37,084 nt of DNA from Catajapyx aquilonaris (Eukaryota), in assembly GCA_000934665.2 (NCBI GenBank), contig KZ538016.1, positions 124,001 through 161,084 of the forward strand. The letters are read 5' to 3'. The notes beneath the pieces were generated by a model, which worked only from the letters and a program-made list of their open reading frames with translations, searched no databases and was not told the DNA's origin. How positions within the stretch are numbered: position 1 is the stretch's first letter; the number at the start of each line of letters is the position of its first letter. The position numbers were made by a program, and so were the translations under genes. Of the stretch, positions 25,601 to 36,853 are shown piece by piece.

Positions 25601-28600
25601 GTCCACCATACAAGCGCAATAAATCGTACAGTACAGTGCCACATATACTAGATATTTCTCCAAATTGCAGTTTTGATAACAACATACTTATGCAGTCGTT
25701 ACTGCATTGTATACCTTTTATTCTCATGCTCGAAATAAAGCCGTGTTATCGCCAAGTCTTGCGTTGCTATCTTTTCCATATCATTATGTAGTCATAGAGT
25801 ACAACAGGCTATAGCTTACTACGGAGGTGGAGAATATTTTTGCAATTTGTCGCGCATGCTTTGCGTGCTCGTAACTTTGATTTATGTGTGCGAATGGCGT
25901 AATTTTTAAAGCCATCGCAGGCCATGATCCACCTCCGTATATGCGTACACCACAGGCTGCACAGTGTTGTGTGTGGTGTATACCTTCATGGAGATAAAAG
26001 CGCTGTTGTCTGGGGGGGGGGGGAGGGATGTTTTTGCACACTTGGTCCAGCCAAATTTTCAAGGTGGGCGAACTCGCACGTTTACACATGTGCAACGGTG
26101 CGGTATTTGAATCTACAACTGCACTACACCGCAAAAATAAAAATAATACTGGGTCTCGCCTATTTTTCCCCTTAAAAAAGCGGGTTAAACCAAACAATCC
26201 CACCGTGCTTCTTTAGCCTACAGTTTTTCACTGTCAACAAATTTTTTCCACAGCAGTATGTTTTAAGCTCTTATCCTTCTGTATGCCGATAGACAAGCCC
26301 AGCAGGATTCAAAACCTTGAACTGCTCTACTCCCATGGGAAGCTTCACACTGATGACTCTCTGATCTCCGCAGGCATACGTGATAGAAATGCATTCTCCT
26401 GCTGCTCGAGTATACTGCAAGGACTGTGTAGCTCTATTCCTCCTTTCTATTCGACTTGCTTCATAATAGACCATTTTGAGAAATGAATGCAGGAGAGTCT
26501 CAGCGTGCCTGCCTACATTAAACCTCTTAGCAACTTCCTAATGCCTATTTCGGCTACATGCACTGGCACCGCCAACACAATCCACTTTGATGCCTAAACA
26601 GGACGTTAAACTTGATGGATAAGCTTTCCGGTCCGGATTTCATCCTCCATCCCGAGTGCCTTCAATGACCACTCGAAACTTCCGTGAACAAAAGGGCGGG
26701 GATCCTCCATGGCTATTGTTGCAACAAGACTCCTTTAATGTGCCTCTGGACGCTAGAGGTAAAGCCCAGTACAAGTCAATGCTTTCAACAACCAGAGGAA
26801 GGTATAAGCTACACTGTGTTCAAAACTACCACTAATATAACTGCAATGTTATGCACATTGTGCATAGAGGTAGCAAAACAATAATTTCCACCATGTAACG
26901 CAATAACAGAGTGCAGATCTAATTTGTTTCCAGAGTTAACTATGGGGGTCACCTAGTTTGGTGACCCAACTAGGAAAGCTAGACTTCATTTGTGTGGATG
27001 TCATAAATTACTATCAAAGGCACCTTCCAAAGTACTCAGCCAGGGTGAAATCCTCTTGAAGCAAATGAAATAATACATTTTAATACAGTCACACTGTCTC
27101 TATTATAACCACATAATAGTTTGTGCATGGAATTATGGTGCAGGCATGCAAGACCTGCCCTCATTACTGTTGAATATTCATGCAACATAGTTTCGGTGAT
27201 GTTGAACTATTCATAATTTGCATATTTGAAAGTACAGCCCTAGGCCTCCTCCTGCCTCTAGCATGGACACACTGACTAGCATGATGATTCAATTTCATCA
27301 ACTTTCCAATCTTAATTTTATTCCTAATAAAACTCTTACTAGGTACCAACTAATGTGCTTATTTGGCACTGTGCACGGGATTTTATGCTCAGTTTTTAGC
27401 CCTGGAGGTTTGTATACTGCTAAGCTGTTACAACCCACAGCAAGGGTCATTAAATATTAAATGGGTAGTGGAAAGGCTTTATTAGCATGCTATGTCATCC
27501 CACAGGTTATTCCAGGTTTCCATAATTCCATGCACCAGTTAAGTTCAGTTACCATTTTCGTAAGCAAATAATATAATCAAATCAAATGTATTGTTACACA
27601 GTGTATTTCGACGAACATATAGACATGTAACTATAAGGCCTATATTATATACCTACAACATCCAAGTTCTTTAAACACGGTTTTTCTTCACCGAAAGAAA
27701 AAGGCTTGACATTTTTATTACCCCCCTGATGTGTGCCCAGAGTAATTTTTCCCCTGCTTGCATTCGCCATCCATTACTGCTGACCTTGGCCTTTTACACC
27801 TATAATTCGACACAGCTAACCGCCTCTGCTTCCTGTCGCACATATATCCTCATTTTGAGCTAATTTTCAGGCATGGAAACTGTATGTGCTAGGTAAATGC
27901 CTCCCTGAAATAGAGGCTCACCAGGAATGCAGCCCATAAATATGTTCCCTTCTACCTTTACATAATCAAACAACGTAGTCGTTTGACAAGACTTTTATCA
28001 AGCAAAACTGACTGAAATTACACACGCTCTAAATAAATCAACGAAAATAGCAACTGAAAATCATATGAGGAGACCCAGTAAATGAAAGTTACTGAAGTGT
28101 AAAGTTAAAATTCCAAGAAACCTGCTCCTGAAGGGAGCAAATTTGGAATCTCCTCCCCACAAAATGGATCTACATTACAGTTATTACACAGTTGACTGGC
28201 TCTCCCTCATTGCACTGACTTTCAGAGAAAGGACAAAGGCCCTCCAGCTACATGCCACTCTTGTAATGATGAAATATCATTAACATTAGCGTCATCCCAA
28301 AGTACCCTAGGCCACACTAATTAAGTCAACACGGTGAATTAAATTCTATCTTTAATGATGAATAAGTCATGAATGCTTTACAGTTTACAGTATATATGTC
28401 TTCCAGAATGACTTCAGAAAACATTAATTGAATTTCGAAGAATTCCGAGTATACCACAAGGACTCATAATTCCAGTTAAGTCATTATCGATTAAAAAAAT
28501 TCAACTGCAGACTTCAAAATACCCAAGTGGTGATTCCACAACATCTCCCACACTCCTTTGCTACGGCAACTTGCTCCATCCTAATTATCTCGCTGAATTT

Positions 28601-28749
28601 ATTTGTTGCAATAATTGTGACATGTTCTGTGTCCATTGATTCTGCCCAAACATTTATACTAAAGTCAACAATGCCAGACTTAAATTTTTATACCACTTTA
28701 AAAAATCAGCCCTATCAACCAATGACATGCAATCAAAACTTCCACTTAC

Positions 28750-28839
28750 CATGGATGGTGAGTTCCGAATCCTTGTTGAGCTCATACAAGCGAATGGCTT
28801 CCTCTAATTCCATTTGTGTAGTGATGGTACATGGATCAC
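28750..28839 (-). CDS. aPKC: aPKC coding exon 3 (PB1 domain: [30 protein letters not shown])
   Basis: Acceptor atcttcag|GT and donor G|gtaagt, 90 nt, phase 1 to phase 1. [21 protein letters not shown] is diagnostic of aPKC. Confidence 0.97.
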
Positions 28840-29851
28840 CTGAAGATTACAAATTGCCACAATGTTAGGTTGCTCCCTTGTACAATATTTTACCCAGTTA
28901 GCAACCTCATCATGCTAACCATTCAACATGCATTTAGACTGTTTCACTGTCTCTCACTGATGTAAATGTTTACAAGCCAGCATCCTCTTACACACGTTCC
29001 AGTCTAATACTGCACCCACAAGGTCATTTTCATGCCAAGTCATTAGCAAGCGCATTGGTAACAAGTAACTAGAACAAGTCCCGCGCTACGACAAACTCAG
29101 ATCACTCGATTGTTTACACATACACCTGTATTCTAAAAGCAGAGTCTAACATCAAATGAATGAAAAGCTTCAACATAAGGGGTTATCACAATAAAACTAT
29201 GACTTGTGACGTTTGAAATTCAACACTGAGTATATCTCAAGATCAGCATTACAAGAATAATACTTTTTAGTTAGAATAACCAGCACCAACCTTTATCAGA
29301 AGTCGATGCTATCCAAATCAGACATAATAATCATCAAATATGAAACATCAGTTTGACCACATAAACTTAACTTTAATCTCAATTTATCGTTCAAATGTGC
29401 ATGCCCTGATGCAGATGAGTTTAGCCACAATAAATACTCTTGTAAATATTCCGCACTGTGGCAGAAAACATGTCCTTCAACACACATGATCCACTTTCCA
29501 GCTTTTCTCCCTGCATCACATCAGACTGTGAGATTGCTTACTTTAAACGGAGTCACTGAAACAAGCTTTCTAATGATGTATAACATTATATTTTTGAACC
29601 ATTTTCCAGGGAATTATTTAGAGTCAAACACAGGGGTCAATATTTAAAAAATGGATAGTAGGTGCCTGGGTGCCCAAAGCGGAAATCTTCTCTCCAGACC
29701 CCTGTCCCTCTCTTCTACTACTTTCCGCCCTCCCATTTCCTATTTCATACCCATTCCAGTAACCATTCCTGCTGATTTGCTTTGCTTCTGGATGACCAAC
29801 CAAGATAATCATGGATAACAGGGTACCATAATGGATGTATACTGGTAAGTT

Positions 29852-30191
29852 GGGAGGCGGAGTGGTGCTGCGGTAACGCACGCGCCCACGGATGTTAAGG
29901 TCCCGGGTTCGATCCCAGCCCGGGGTTCCCCCCTTCATCTCGTGCAGAGTTGGGCCATCTCTGGCTGCTTCGTCTAGGGTGGAAATTTCCGCTAGACTAA
30001 TCCACCCGGTGGAGTTCACAAAATGACCAATATGCGACATTGCACTTGCACTTTGCACATCCCCTCCTACTTACCCCTGGAACAATTAACATATATGCAT
30101 TATATGGTTCCAAAAATAGTGGTAGTATTCCACTACCCTAAAAAGGGCCCAGGGCCTGAGAATGGGGTACTGTAAAAAAAGAAAAAAAAAG
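29852..30191 (+). mobile_element. Full-length tRNA-derived SINE (about 340 bp), antisense to aPKC in intron 2
   Basis: A-box-like TGGTGCTGCGG (29863-29873), B-box GGTTCGATCCC (29906-29916), A-rich tail (30174-30190), and a perfect 15-bp target-site duplication GTATACTGGTAAGTT at 29837-29851 and 30192-30206. Confidence 0.93.
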
Positions 30192-30929
30192 GTATACTGG
30201 TAAGTTATGTCAGATTTGGTCTCCAGGTGGACTGTGATCGTGTCAAGTTCGACATTACTAAGATCAAAATTCTAGCCTCCAACTCTAAACAGGGAACCAA
30301 TGCTAATGCTTTTTTTTTTACACTGGATAAATACATTTCAAAATGTTTCCATTGTTCACAACCGATTAGGATAGTGTTCCATACAGTCTTTCAATCACTA
30401 ATGCATTGCGCCTCACAGAAAAAAATCTGTAATGTCTTTTGGAAATGCTAAATGAATTGATGGTTCAATGTGTACATGTGGCTTGCAATTGCTACTTCAG
30501 CAAATATTTGTAAATCTGCCACCACTGCAAAAATTCTAAGCAGAAATGAGGTAATAGGAGGCAGGTTGAATAAAAACAAATCTAAGTTATTTAAAAATGT
30601 GCAATAATGTAACAATTTTTACCTCAAAATTGTTTTCAACTCAGTGGGTCATCCTGAGAAACATGTTGCTATTCCTGGGATTAGGGTCCCAGACTAAGAC
30701 AGAGTAGGGGGTGGGGGGATTAATAGCATCAGTCAAAAGCCAATTTCAGAAACATGTTTGAAGTTACTGCTTTCTGGACACAACATGGCAACACAGCAAA
30801 TATTAGCAAAAATATTACAATGAATCAGTGTAAGTGTGGTGTTAGGACTCTCAACACTTAAGCAATAAAATAACAATACTGACAACTAATTTAAGTTAGA
30901 ATCTGGAGATAAAATACAGAGCAGGCTAA

Positions 30930-31132
30930 AGCCACATTTACATGTGAGCGATTTGACGAGCGAAGTCTTCGCCGAGCGATAACATTGCTGAGTAACCGGA
31001 GTAACCAGTATTGTTTGAGGCAAAATAGATTGTTACTTCCACCTCAAACAATATTGGTTACTTGGGTTACTCAGCGATGTTATCACTCAGCGAAGACTTC
31101 ACTAGTCAAATTGCTCACACGTAAACGCAGTT
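30930..31132. mobile_element. Foldback MITE, PIF/Harbinger (Tourist)-like
   Basis: 91-bp inverted arms (30930-31020 and 31042-31132, 77/91 matches by hand) around a 21-bp spacer, flanked by TAA on both sides (30927-30929 and 31133-31135). Confidence 0.88.
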
Positions 31133-33546
31133 TAAAGCCTTTGCAACATTGCCTGGTACTGTACTGTTGACCATAATGAAGAACATCACTGTTTATTCTG
31201 CCCCATTCCATGCTCTACTTCCCTTATCCCATGCTATCCCAGGGGAAGGACAGTTTCAGCATGTTCCAGTGAGAGCAAATGTTACACCTTTCCTTTCTCT
31301 GTTTACTGGTGTGTCTGAGCATGACCCAATGTTTTCTCAAACTCTTGTGTATATGAAGTGAAACTTTAAGCCTATATTTATAGCTTTCAATTATACACTT
31401 GCTGAATGAATTACTGTCAAGTGGAAAGTGTAGCTATGGTACATGAAAATGAAACAAGTTTACAAATAAATGTGAAAAGCAAAGAGGTCATATTCAGACA
31501 CACAAACTAGCAGGATCTAACTTTTAATATGGTGGAAATATGCACAACTAACTAGATCTCTTTAAAAACACTCATACAAAAACATGAAATTGGCTGAAAT
31601 TGCCCTTGACTTCCAAACACTTGGAAAAACTAGGGCACAGGCTAATTTTTGGGCACCCTAGGGCAGTATCACTCGTGCTGTCACTCAGTATGCTGAACAG
31701 TCTGTGCCTCTGTACTCCATGGTGTCACAGATACCAGCTGACAGTGTGCATGATTATTTTATCAACAAGTTCTTTTAGCCTCTTTAATCATTGAGCAGGT
31801 TTGTTGCTCCAACAGCAATTATTTGCAGTGTAATGCACTCAATTTTTCTTATTGGCACTTGCAGTGTTGTCCCATTGTGGCTGAGACTAGAGAGGGCTAA
31901 CTTTGAAGATGTTTCTGCAAATGAATTGTAACTGGTGTTCTCAGTCAACCCTATAGTCTGAGAGGGACTAGCTTAGCCTGCAAGAGTTGCAAGTTATTAA
32001 CAGATATGAACTGTAGATGAAAATGAATGACTACAGTGTGATATTATTTCCAAAGGGATATGATAATGCAAGTCAAATACCATAACATTCCATCACCAGT
32101 CAGAAGAAAAGAAGAAAGAGAAGGTCACTTGAAAACTGGGGAAGAGCTGTGAAAAACTATCCACCTACCATTTGGCAGAGAACATTTTATACACCATATA
32201 GCTTCACCCGGCTTCGCCTTTTCTATATTTTAAATATTTTACAGCGGCAGTTGATCTCAGACCTCTCTCCCTGGCATGCAGATGCACCCATTTACCAGGA
32301 AGGTGTATTTCTATGCCCTTAACTTAATTTCATTGAACCTGTTCAACTCAATGACTCCAATGCTACCTAGAGTAGTGCATCTTCAACTTTACTCCAAGTA
32401 TGGACAGACAAGAACAGCTGTACAGAGCAATAAGGGCTGACCCAGCCAATAAGGCCCAACAGCCCAAGTCCCCCAGCTTTTCTTTATCAAAGCAAAGTAA
32501 TACGTGAATGATATCCTTACTGAATCAAGTCCAGCAATTAAAGAAATACAAATAGATTATATCCAAAGATGGCCATCCCAATCCATGCAGCAAGTGCACC
32601 AAAGCCATGGCCAGATTGGAATAGCTGTCACACGTTATTCTTTAGGAAGCATTGAACCATTATCTTCGTGAAATCAGTCTTCAACCAGTGGCCCATGCAC
32701 CCCTGGGGGTCCTCAGGTCTTCAATGACAAGTTCCTTGAAGATATTAGACTGTATTTTCCTTCAACTAATAAATATTCTAAGGTTATTAGGGCCAAATCC
32801 TTCTTGAATCCATTGCACTCATATTATATCAGAATGATAATTTACTGCCAGAAAACAGCAGCACATGATCAAAAAAAAACGAACAAATAGACAGGATAAC
32901 CAAAAGTTTATAATATTTTTTTGCATAGCAGAAGAAATTACTGTTTCAGGTTCGCACAATGTTATGCAGAAGAAAAAGCATTAAATGGAAGGAAACATAA
33001 TACGGATTTGCTAGAACTAAGTGTTCCTCTAGTGGATTAACAGCCCGGATATTAATCCCGGATAAGAAGATCAAAACTGTGATGGATACTAATTGGCACT
33101 ATAAATGTGGCTCTATATTGATTTATGCATTAAAACTCTGCACAAAAGTGGTGGGAGGAGGGATGAGGTCTTCTGCCAATCTGCATAGAGAGAGAAGCTT
33201 TTCACTGATCAGTACCAATAATGTGTGGTACGTTTTTCAAAGTTGCTCCGCTTACATGCTACAGTACTTCATTAACACTGCTCATCATTACTCATTAAAT
33301 GCAAACAAGGGGGAGAAAACAACTTGACCATATCTCTGTTTTGGCCAAAGGAAGATTTTGTATCAATATTAAATTAGTTAATATCCTGAATGCTTATTAG
33401 CTGCTTCAGTCAAGGTACAAACAAAAAAAGCCTTGTGTTAATGCCATTAAGAGTAATTAATTTTACTCGTAAGTTCTTGGTACTTTCAACCCAAACCTGT
33501 GAAATGCATCAAGAAAACCTCACTCAATGCCATCAATTTAACTCAC

Positions 33547-33668
33547 CTTCTTCATCTACCCACTTCATGGTGAACTCCTGCTCAGAAGAAAACTGGCAGA
33601 TGTCACGTATCTCCTGGCGTAAATCATCTACTGTGACATGAGCATCTATGTAGGTAATCATAATCTCG
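33547..33668 (-). CDS. aPKC: aPKC coding exon 2 (PB1 domain: EIMITYIDAHVTVDDLRQEIRDICQFSSEQEFTMKWVDEEG)
   Basis: Acceptor ttgtatttcag|C after a 62-nt intron (33669-33730) and donor G|gtgagt. The exon is 122 nt and in frame with both neighbours. FTMKWVDEEG is the start of the aPKC OPCA motif. Confidence 0.97.
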
Positions 33669-33730
33669 CTGAAATACAAAATGACAAATTACAATGCATT
33701 CAGATATAGCCATTAGTCAGGAAAACTCAC

Positions 33731-33795
33731 CCATTGTAGGCAGTCTTGACACGTATTTCCGGCATTTGGCTTTCGTTTCCAACTGGTGTTGGCAT
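33731..33795 (-). CDS. aPKC: Atypical protein kinase C (PKC-iota/zeta), first coding exon (MPTPVGNESQMPEIRVKTAYNG)
   Basis: ATG at 33795 in context gccaaaATG. RVKTAYNG matches the aPKC PB1 first strand with its conserved Lys. Ends at a GG|gtgagt donor, phase 2, 65 nt. Confidence 0.95.
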
Positions 33796-33930
33796 TTTGG
33801 CAATAGAGCGAATGAAATTTTTACTAGTCCTTAACCTACGTCTATAAAATCTATGCACTACGAGGAGGAGTCGCCAGATGCAATCCAATGTGATGTCTTT
33901 CTTTAGCAACCTGGGATAAGTTTGGAAGAT
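33796..33930 (-). other. aPKC: Probable 5' leader portion of the first aPKC coding exon
   Basis: Acceptor ccttttcag| at 33931/33930, with an alternative ttatcccag| at 33911/33910. This implies an upstream exon further to the right. Confidence 0.55.
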
Positions 33931-34306
33931 CTGAAAAGGTCAAAGTACAGTTATTAATGACTCAACAACCTCTATCTTAACATAGTTATTCTCCTTCACA
34001 CTAAGGTCTCAGATATAATAGCATTGTACAGTACAGCTAGTCCTTGACTTTTGAAACGTGCTGTAATACCATGCCCACATAACTGCAGAGGATAAATTAC
34101 TAACAAAATTCTATAAATGTTGCAGCACAGTGCTGCAATTAGGACATATATAACCATATTCAGTCCTTTAAGTGTCCTCAGTGCATAACATGGACACAAG
34201 GTTACCTAGATTAAAAATTAATCACAACAGTTAGGAGCTAATTCTTCAGCAAAATATTTATAAATGCTATATGTCGTATACATAGTCTACTTTTTTAGTA
34301 CAAATA

Positions 34307-34597
34307 TTGTAGAACCCTAATCATCTGACTCCTCCGATTGTCTGATCCCGCCCCAACAATAGATGTTTTTCTCATCAGAATCTGCACTGTACTATGCTTT
34401 TGTTATGTACTGCTTTTGTTAAATTTTAAATACAGTGCAGTAGAGTGTGTATGTAAAAGATATATACGTCCCTATTTCTTACAATACCATAATTTTTTGC
34501 TGTGCTCCATTAAAGTTTGCTCCTAAGATTACCTGCCCTTTTCTGTGTTCCGACCATGCCCTGGTCCCTTGGGTGACGGATAATCGGTGTTCTACTG
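34307..34597. mobile_element. Degenerate pogo/Tigger (Tc1/mariner superfamily)-like MITE
   Basis: The right end reads CAGTAGAACACCGATTATCCG on the minus strand and the left end reads TTGTAGAACCCTAATCATCTG (degenerate inverted repeat). TA flanks both ends (34305-34306 and 34598-34599). Confidence 0.65.
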
Positions 34598-34954
34598 TAT
34601 AACAGTTGCCTACATGAACATGTTTCATCACTGTAATTATATCCGCATTCCTCATTACATTCCAAAAGCACACAAACCCAAATCCTGATCAAAACATATT
34701 TAATGCTACCCGAAAAGGCATGGATCGACAACCTGTTGAATGTGCTGCTTTCCAATAGAAACAAGTGGCATACATCATTGCATAACCCATGCCCATACCC
34801 ATGCCCCAACGTCCCTCCACACCCTGCATGACACCCTCGCCCAGCATCCGCCCTGTGCCTCCCTTCCCAAGCTCCACACCCCTGCAATCCCACCATGGCA
34901 AGTCAACCATGCCCAAAAATGCGAGGGTCACCATCCTCTCCTCCCTCCCGCCCA

Positions 34955-35275
34955 TCCCGCGTTCGATTCCCGCCACCGGAGAACTCACATCATGTAAACG
35001 GAAGACAGCAGTTGCGGATCTCGTCTGGTCTCAACCGGCAGCCTGGAACGATGACGAGGAGCGGTACCTGTCCCCACTGTGGTCTCGCTTCTTTAAAAAA
35101 TGGACCGAGGAAGCTAGGCGTTTCCTCCCGACTTCTTAGCCGCGGCCATGTTGACTCATGGACCCCACCAACGACACTGCAATCACTACTAGTAGCACAC
35201 ACAGCCCGAGTGGCGTCGCTGCATACCGACTGTTGGGCAGGCATACGTGGCAATCTACATACACTAATTAATTAA
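34955..35275 (+). mobile_element. Possible second, 5'-truncated tRNA-derived SINE
   Basis: B-box GTTCGATTCCC (34961-34971) followed by a tRNA-3'-end-like GCCACCGGAG, a CpG-retaining body and a TAATTAATTAA tail. No A-box or TSD found, so the ends are approximate. Confidence 0.4.
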
Positions 35276-36853
35276 CACTCCGGATTAATTAACGGCCAGT
35301 GTTAAACCAGAATAGGGCTGTTTAAAATGTTGGGGTGTTGTTAGGGTGCGGTTGGGTGTGAGGCAGCGGTCCGATGCGGCGTTGATGCGAACCGGTGGTG
35401 TTTCACACAGGCAGGAGAGGACTGAGGGATTACGTATCGCGGTTGGCCTACCCTTCTCCTCTGGCTTACCCCGGACACTCCTGAGATTATGAGCAGACTT
35501 CCTGCTTCCGCCGAATGATACCGACTAAGGGCCCGACCCAAGCCTAGACACCCACACCACCAGGGGCCGGAGAGAACCACCTTTTAGCCCGTGCTCTCTC
35601 TTTTGGGGGAAAGACACCCAGGCGGCAGGAAAGGGACGGGCAGACATGGTGAGTCAATAGGCCTTCTTCACCTGGATGGAATGGAACGCAGGTCACGGAT
35701 GGGGATGACCTCACCTGCCAGGAGGTCAATCGGGGTTAGGGGCGTTGGCTGAGGTGGGGCACAGATTGTGGGTGGTGACATCACATGCTGACAACACCTT
35801 ATCTGCACTGCCTTATAAGGGCAATTCACTGTTTGTATATGGGCCTGCTGCGTAGAGATTGAAGCGGAAATTTTGGCCACCACCATGGTAATCCACTGCT
35901 GGGTTAAATCAGATGTTAATGACGAAACGTACACCACCTGTCAGAGGTGTGACAGGAGGTTGCGTAATTATATAGTGGGTTTTGTTTATTCACTGGCCAT
36001 TGCACCTTGATTTTTACAAGTGCCAGCTGACTGTTCCCAAATGCATTACTGCAACACTATAGTGGAGCAAATAAGTATAGAATGTCCTTTTGGCAAAACT
36101 GAAACCATTGTGGAAATAGTGGCAATGGGGATAATTCTAACCTTGCTACATGGATACCCCAATGTGCAGGGTGAGATCCATTACATGTGTAACCTCAACA
36201 TGTTAGCTCTGTAATGGATGTGACATTGACAGAATCAAGCAGGATAATTTTGAATGTCTCAAGCAACCTAGTCTGAGAGGAAGTGCACATCTTTTACACT
36301 GGCCTGCACAGTCCAGTAGTGGTAGTCAGAATCTTTGCTTGGTTCATGTAATCAGCATGTGGAATGGAGCAAGTCAGCTACAGGGAGGCTTTATGGAACA
36401 TGGCTTAATTTATGACAAAATTGAAGGCACAGGTAGATTAATTAGGACTGCTTAATTTCTATCAATCAGCATCGTGTCTGAGCAGTGACTACAAGATAAA
36501 TGGTTGGGAGATGTAATTTGCACAACTGTGTTAGTATCATTAGTGACAATAAAGAGAGTCAAAGGAAAACAAGAGCAATCTAGAGGAGAGCGAACCCAGT
36601 GTAACTCCTCACACCTAAATAAAGCTCCCAGGCAGCCATACTAGCTTCAAATACATGTGCAGACATCAGAAAAAGTACGTGCAGGGGAGTGATGAATAAA
36701 TGCATGAAATAAAAATGCTGCAGGATTAGGTGAATCATGTGAGTATGCCATGGTGGTACAGTATCATTGAAAGGTGCTTCAAAATTTTGAGAAGTTCACT
36801 TGGTAACCATGCACCTGGCGACACAAAGATGTGTGTTCCACCTGATATCTAAC

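Larger units (their letters stand above)
1..28749 (-). other. aPKC: Very long aPKC intron after the third coding exon (>28.7 kb, runs off the window)
   Basis: Begins with gtaagt at 28749. Manual scanning found no exon encoding VFP..P..PG..C.GED or SIYRRGARRWRKL in the rest of the window, though a short exon could have been missed. Confidence 0.7.

Noticed and set aside
26271..26486. Overlapping 67-aa ORFs on both strands
   Set aside because: Short, with no homology I can recognise and no convincing splice sites; consistent with chance.
661..28749. Remaining ORF-track entries in the intron as protein-coding genes
   Set aside because: Short, often with TTG/GTG starts irrelevant to a eukaryote, overlapping on both strands, and with no recognisable protein family.
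29852..29925. tRNA gene
   Set aside because: A and B boxes are present, but the sequence continues into an unrelated body, A-tail and TSD. It is a SINE head, not a tRNA.
35328..35954. Solo LTR with TG...CA ends
   Set aside because: Several TG/CA end pairs are possible, but none is flanked by a 4-6 bp target-site duplication.
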